From an uncultured Saprospiraceae bacterium (GTDB taxonomy: Bacteria; Bacteroidota; Bacteroidia; Chitinophagales; Saprospiraceae), in contig CALFBH010000004.1 of NCBI GenBank assembly GCA_937951615.1, positions 63,228 through 127,227 of the forward strand: DNA of 64,000 bases, read 5' to 3'. Shown piece after piece: positions 60,005-64,000 of the stretch. Below the pieces are notes generated by a model. That model did not search any database and was not told the origin of the DNA. It was given only the letters and a program-made list of their open reading frames with translations. The number at the start of each line of letters is the position of its first letter. Within the stretch, counting starts at the first letter, position 1. Made by a program: the position numbers and the translations under genes.

Positions 60005-61327
60005 ATGAACCACTACGAAGACGGTAGAATTGACTCTTATTTATTAGAGTCTGACCCCGAAAGATTTTTTAAAAGCTACCGGCAAAAGCCGGAAGATCGC
60101 ATTAAGTGCAATTTGTTGCAAGTCGGATTTGAAACCGAATTTAATGCTAGTACCCAACGTTTTTTTGGAGCACTCCAACAATCGCTCAAAAAACGCATGG
60201 GAAACAGGCAGGCAGAAAAAATTTCTGTCAGAAGAATGGTTTCTGAAGAAAGCAACAAACTGCTGAATGACGATGCGTATTTACTAAAGAATATTGTTCC
60301 ACTATTAATTTACAAATATAGAGGGGACATTAGAGACTTAGTAAAACGCTATGCTAAAGGGAAGTTTCTGAACTTCGGACACCAATTTCGCTCAAGGGTT
60401 TATCAAGCCTTGCACGAAGAGCTGACGGCATACAGCCATCTCTCTAACCAACTCGTTGCATCGCCAGGTATGCTACTAAAAGCAATTGTATCCAAAGAAT
60501 GGCTAACCCAACTTAGCCATGCAGAGGACACCGAATTACTTGAAAATGGTAATAATCGACTGGTCGAAAAATACCAGCCCGTTATCAAAATCAAGACACA
60601 TCGGTACATTGATGGTACAGCAACCATAAAAGAGGACATTGAAAGTGACGTCACTTTAATGTTGCTCGAAAAGATTGAAAAAGGCAGTCTGCGGAAAAAC
60701 TATAATGGTAATGGGACTGTTTCGGCATATCTCAATACAATTATCTACCGCGACGTTTTCACGGCATTGAAAAAACAACGCCCGAAAATTGATACAATTC
60801 CGGTATCTCCTTATCAGCACAACTACTGCACAGATAGCGAAGCCGAGCAGTTTGAAGGTAATGATCAATTAAATTATTACCTGAATGCACATGCACAAAC
60901 GCTTGACGCTGCTATGCGAATTACCTGTAGAAAACCAGGACAGGTAGAGCGATTCAAACTTACATTGATGGTGCTTTATGGCACGGAAGTCATAGAAAAT
61001 CAATGTATTATCAGTTTGTTTCCTAACTGCCCACAAAGTCTTGCTGACGAAATTACTGCATTTGCCAATAGTAAGGAGAGTGCATTTAATAAAGACTATT
61101 TTTTCGGTTTTCTGGGGAATATGCTCGCGCGTATTGAACAGACAGAAGTACAGAAAGGAGACTCGTTCCGAAAAAACTACGAAAGAAAAGAAGATAAAAT
61201 CTGGGGTGTTTTTACCGAAAGACACCAGATTAATTTCAACAGAAGGGGCCGACAAAATATCAGTTATTTTGAAGAACTGGTCAATTATTATTTCAAAAAT
61301 TATTCTAATCACCCTCTAAATTCTTAA
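60005..61327 (+). CDS. Atypical sigma-70/ECF-like protein with repeated region-2-like units
   Basis: LVEKYQPVIK..EDIESDVTLMLLE..YNGNGTVSAYLNTIIYR resembles sigma region 2; D..LL......L...Y pattern occurs three times. Confidence 0.55.
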   Translation: MNHYEDGRIDSYLLESDPERFFKSYRQKPEDRIKCNLLQVGFETEFNASTQRFFGALQQSLKKRMGNRQAEKISVRRMVSEESNKLLNDDAYLLKNIVPLLIYKYRGDIRDLVKRYAKGKFLNFGHQFRSRVYQALHEELTAYSHLSNQLVASPGMLLKAIVSKEWLTQLSHAEDTELLENGNNRLVEKYQPVIKIKTHRYIDGTATIKEDIESDVTLMLLEKIEKGSLRKNYNGNGTVSAYLNTIIYRDVFTALKKQRPKIDTIPVSPYQHNYCTDSEAEQFEGNDQLNYYLNAHAQTLDAAMRITCRKPGQVERFKLTLMVLYGTEVIENQCIISLFPNCPQSLADEITAFANSKESAFNKDYFFGFLGNMLARIEQTEVQKGDSFRKNYERKEDKIWGVFTERHQINFNRRGRQNISYFEELVNYYFKNYSNHPLNS

Positions 61328-61441
61328 GCCTATGACTTAAAACTGCTCCAGCGATAAATCCACTTAACCATATAGCATTAATACACTTACATCCCTGACG
61401 CCAAAGAAGCAATCTATTTAAATTTGTTGTTAATATTTAAA

Positions 61442-62020
61442 ATGCCTTTAAACATGGTTAAACAGAACCTACTCATTCAAGAAGGAGGAATCACTCCGGT
61501 AGGCGTGGCTATATATGTTGAAAAAATGTTGATCGGACAGTTGGAAGACCTTCCTGCCTGCCTTATCAATCATGTAAATCAATCTGACCAGTGTCGTTCA
61601 AAAATATCGTTTTTATTGGAACATGAACTGGACAAACAACGTATATATAATATACGCGAAGCCATAAAGACCGAAGTATCCACCATACGGAAGAAGACCG
61701 CAAAATGCAATGCCCAACTTCCGCTACTTAGCCCATTAAACAATGAAGTTTTTGTCGAACATATACAATTTGAATTTGAAAGACCTTTAGCACAACAAGC
61801 TATTTTGTATATCATCGACAGCAACGAAAATAAAATACTAAAAACAGTGCTAAAAACTGACAGTACGACATATCATTACTGCCCGCACAATTTGCAATCA
61901 GGATTATATCACTACGTCATTGGTACGCAGGATACTTCCCTGAAGGGTAGTTTTTTCTACTGTCAAAAAGATCAGAATGTTGTTCTTACCAACAATAAGC
62001 TGTCTTATTCAGCCTGTTAA
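61442..62020 (+). CDS. Putative anti-sigma-like protein (degenerate HxxxCxxC) with C-terminal Ig/CTD-like domain
   Basis: GVAIYVE..LP..LINHVNQSDQC; C-terminal LQSGLYHY. Start is uncertain (61442 or 61454). Confidence 0.5.
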   Translation: MPLNMVKQNLLIQEGGITPVGVAIYVEKMLIGQLEDLPACLINHVNQSDQCRSKISFLLEHELDKQRIYNIREAIKTEVSTIRKKTAKCNAQLPLLSPLNNEVFVEHIQFEFERPLAQQAILYIIDSNENKILKTVLKTDSTTYHYCPHNLQSGLYHYVIGTQDTSLKGSFFYCQKDQNVVLTNNKLSYSAC

Positions 62021-62036
62021 ATTTTTACCGCTTGTT

Positions 62037-62074
62037 ACCTGCCCGGCCGCCCAACAGTCGTGGCAGGTTTTTTT
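62037..62074 (+). terminator. Intrinsic terminator
   Basis: ACCTGCC...GGCAGGT followed by a T-tract. Confidence 0.7.
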
Positions 62075-62260
62075 AACACCTTCCTTTCTAACGGCAATTA
62101 GTGACACACATAGCCCACTGTCTCCCCGACAGTGGTTCTATGTTTTTTGGGGCAAGTCCACTGGACTTCTGGTTTTCTTTCAGAAAACTACACTCCGTTC
62201 ATGCACTCCTTACAGCTAGTTTCCTTATCTTCACGGCGTTTTTTAAGTAATGATAAAAGA

Positions 62261-63556
62261 ATGTCAGACCAACAAAAATTTAGTCTTTCTGCTACTGACC
62301 GTCAGCGTAAAATATACACGGACGGTATGCGGGGCAATATACCTCTTATTCCGACGAATCAGGCCAGGCTGAAAAAACTGGCTAAAGAACGTATGACGCC
62401 CGAAGCTTTTGCTTATGTGGCTGGTGGCGCGGGTATGGAGGATACTATTGCACAGAATCGTTCTGGCTTCAACTACTGGAATATCCTGCCCCGAATGCTG
62501 AATGATGTATCTCAGGCTGATACTTCCGTCGAATTATTCGGACACAAGCTCCCCTCCCCTTTCCTACTCGCGCCTATTGGTGCCCTGGAACTTGTGAATC
62601 AGGAAGCCGACCTCGCAGTAGCCAATGCCGCCCGTGAAACAGGTGTTCCTATGATATTTTCCAATCAGGCTTCTATTTCTATGGAAATCTGCTCGCGTAT
62701 CATGGAAAACTCCCCGCGCTGGTTTCAACTATATTGGAGCAAATCCGACGAACTCATCAGCAGTTTTGTGCGGCGGGCAGAAAATTCAGACTGCACAGCC
62801 ATTGTGGTGACACTGGATACGACGATGCTCGGCTGGCGTACTCAAGATTTAGACCTCGGGCATCTGCCTTTTATGCATGGTAAGGGTATCGCCCAATATA
62901 CCAGCGATCCTATTTTTACAAAAATGCTGGAAGAAGATGACAGCAACGCGCCCAAAATAAGCAAACTGACGCCCACTGGTATTGCTTCTGTATTTCAACT
63001 CGCCAACCGATTTCCAGGCGGAATTTTTAATAATATACAGTCGGGCAAGCCTATGAAAGCTGTTCGAAAATTTATTGATATATACTCACGTCCTTCTCTG
63101 AGTTGGGAAAATCTGGCTTTCCTGCGCAAACAAACAGCACTCCCTATTCTACTGAAGGGTATTTTACATCCCGAAGATGCGGCTAAGGCATTAGATCATG
63201 GCATCAATGGCATTATTGTATCCAATCATGGCGGCCGGCAGCTTGATGGCGCAATTAGTGCGATTCAGGCGTTGCCTTCCATTATACGTGCTGTAGAAGG
63301 CAAAATACCGATATTAATGGATAGCGGAATTCGTGGTGGCGCAGATGCATTTAAGGCACTTGCACTTGGTGCAAAGGCGGTTTGTATCGGACGTCCTTAT
63401 GTTTATGCTTTATCCATTGCCGGCAGTGCCGGTGTAGAAGCTTTACTCAGAAATTACATGGCAGATTTTGAACTGACCATGCGATTATCTGGTTGTACAT
63501 CTGTAAAAGAAATTACCCGAAATCATCTTAGAAAAAATATTGCTTTTGCAGGATAA
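62261..63556 (+). CDS. FMN-dependent alpha-hydroxy-acid oxidase (lactate 2-monooxygenase-like)
   Basis: YVAGGAG, WFQLYW, TLDT..LGWR, LKGILHPEDA, SNHGGRQLDG, DSGIRGG, GRPY. Confidence 0.92.
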   Translation: MSDQQKFSLSATDRQRKIYTDGMRGNIPLIPTNQARLKKLAKERMTPEAFAYVAGGAGMEDTIAQNRSGFNYWNILPRMLNDVSQADTSVELFGHKLPSPFLLAPIGALELVNQEADLAVANAARETGVPMIFSNQASISMEICSRIMENSPRWFQLYWSKSDELISSFVRRAENSDCTAIVVTLDTTMLGWRTQDLDLGHLPFMHGKGIAQYTSDPIFTKMLEEDDSNAPKISKLTPTGIASVFQLANRFPGGIFNNIQSGKPMKAVRKFIDIYSRPSLSWENLAFLRKQTALPILLKGILHPEDAAKALDHGINGIIVSNHGGRQLDGAISAIQALPSIIRAVEGKIPILMDSGIRGGADAFKALALGAKAVCIGRPYVYALSIAGSAGVEALLRNYMADFELTMRLSGCTSVKEITRNHLRKNIAFAG

Positions 63557-63599
63557 ACGTTTAACTCAATTTCATTCGTAAAAAAATTATTATACTATA

Positions 63600-64000
63600 A
63601 TGGGCTTATTAATTGCATTTTTTGTTCTCTCTATTTTCTTTTCTTTTTTATGCTCTATACTTGAGGCTGTTTTGCTGAGTATCACGCCATCTTATGTCAG
63701 TATTAAAGAGCAGGAAGGCAGTAGCATTGCTGATGAATTAAAGGAACTCAAGGAAGATATAGATCGTCCTTTATCAGCCATCCTTACCCTCAATACTATT
63801 GCGCACACCGTCGGTGCAATAGGAGTAGGCGCGGCAGCCAGTAAAATATGGGCTGACAATACAGTTGATATTTTTGGTTTACCGCTTTCTTATGAAGCCA
63901 TTGTTGCGACGCTAATGACACTGGCCATTCTTATTTTTTCGGAAATCATTCCAAAGACTATAGGTGCAAACAACTGGAAATCACTGACTCCATTTACGGT
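63600..64000 (+). CDS. CNNM/DUF21 (CorC/HlyC-type) membrane protein, truncated by the window end
   Basis: MGLLIAFFVLSIFFSFLCSILEAVLLS..DRPLSAILTLNTIAHTVGA..FSEIIPKTIG. Confidence 0.9.
   Translation, partial: MGLLIAFFVLSIFFSFLCSILEAVLLSITPSYVSIKEQEGSSIADELKELKEDIDRPLSAILTLNTIAHTVGAIGVGAAASKIWADNTVDIFGLPLSYEAIVATLMTLAILIFSEIIPKTIGANNWKSLTPFT

Overview
Bacteroidota chromosomal window (T9SS cargo, SprB repeats, TAnnTTTG promoters, Q-ending signal peptides; Saprospiraceae/Chitinophagales-like by inference). It holds about 43 CDS and no recognisable rRNA, tRNA, CRISPR or transposase. Housekeeping genes (nusB, lipA, mscS, yraN, OsmC, OmpA/MotB, DUF3276) alternate with accessory modules. These modules are: a >2100-aa SprB-repeat protein cut by the left edge; a TIR-acidic-TPR-SDR fusion; a T9SS S8 protease whose signal peptide is out of frame at a C8 tract, followed by two paralogous beta-propeller lipoproteins; an acyl-CoA catabolic cluster with a double acyl-CoA dehydrogenase and an AbfD-type dehydratase; an ABC-ATPase + PD-(D/E)xK pair; three ~500-aa paralogous helical proteins, two beside small secreted proteins; and an atypical sigma/anti-sigma pair. 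The most striking non-coding signal is a ~275-nt structured element present twice (43381-43664, 45681-45954), with conserved loops and linkers but different, still-pairing stems, flanking a degenerate ABC transporter in a DUF1611-like operon. All assignments come from reading motifs by eye; no searches or folding programs were run.
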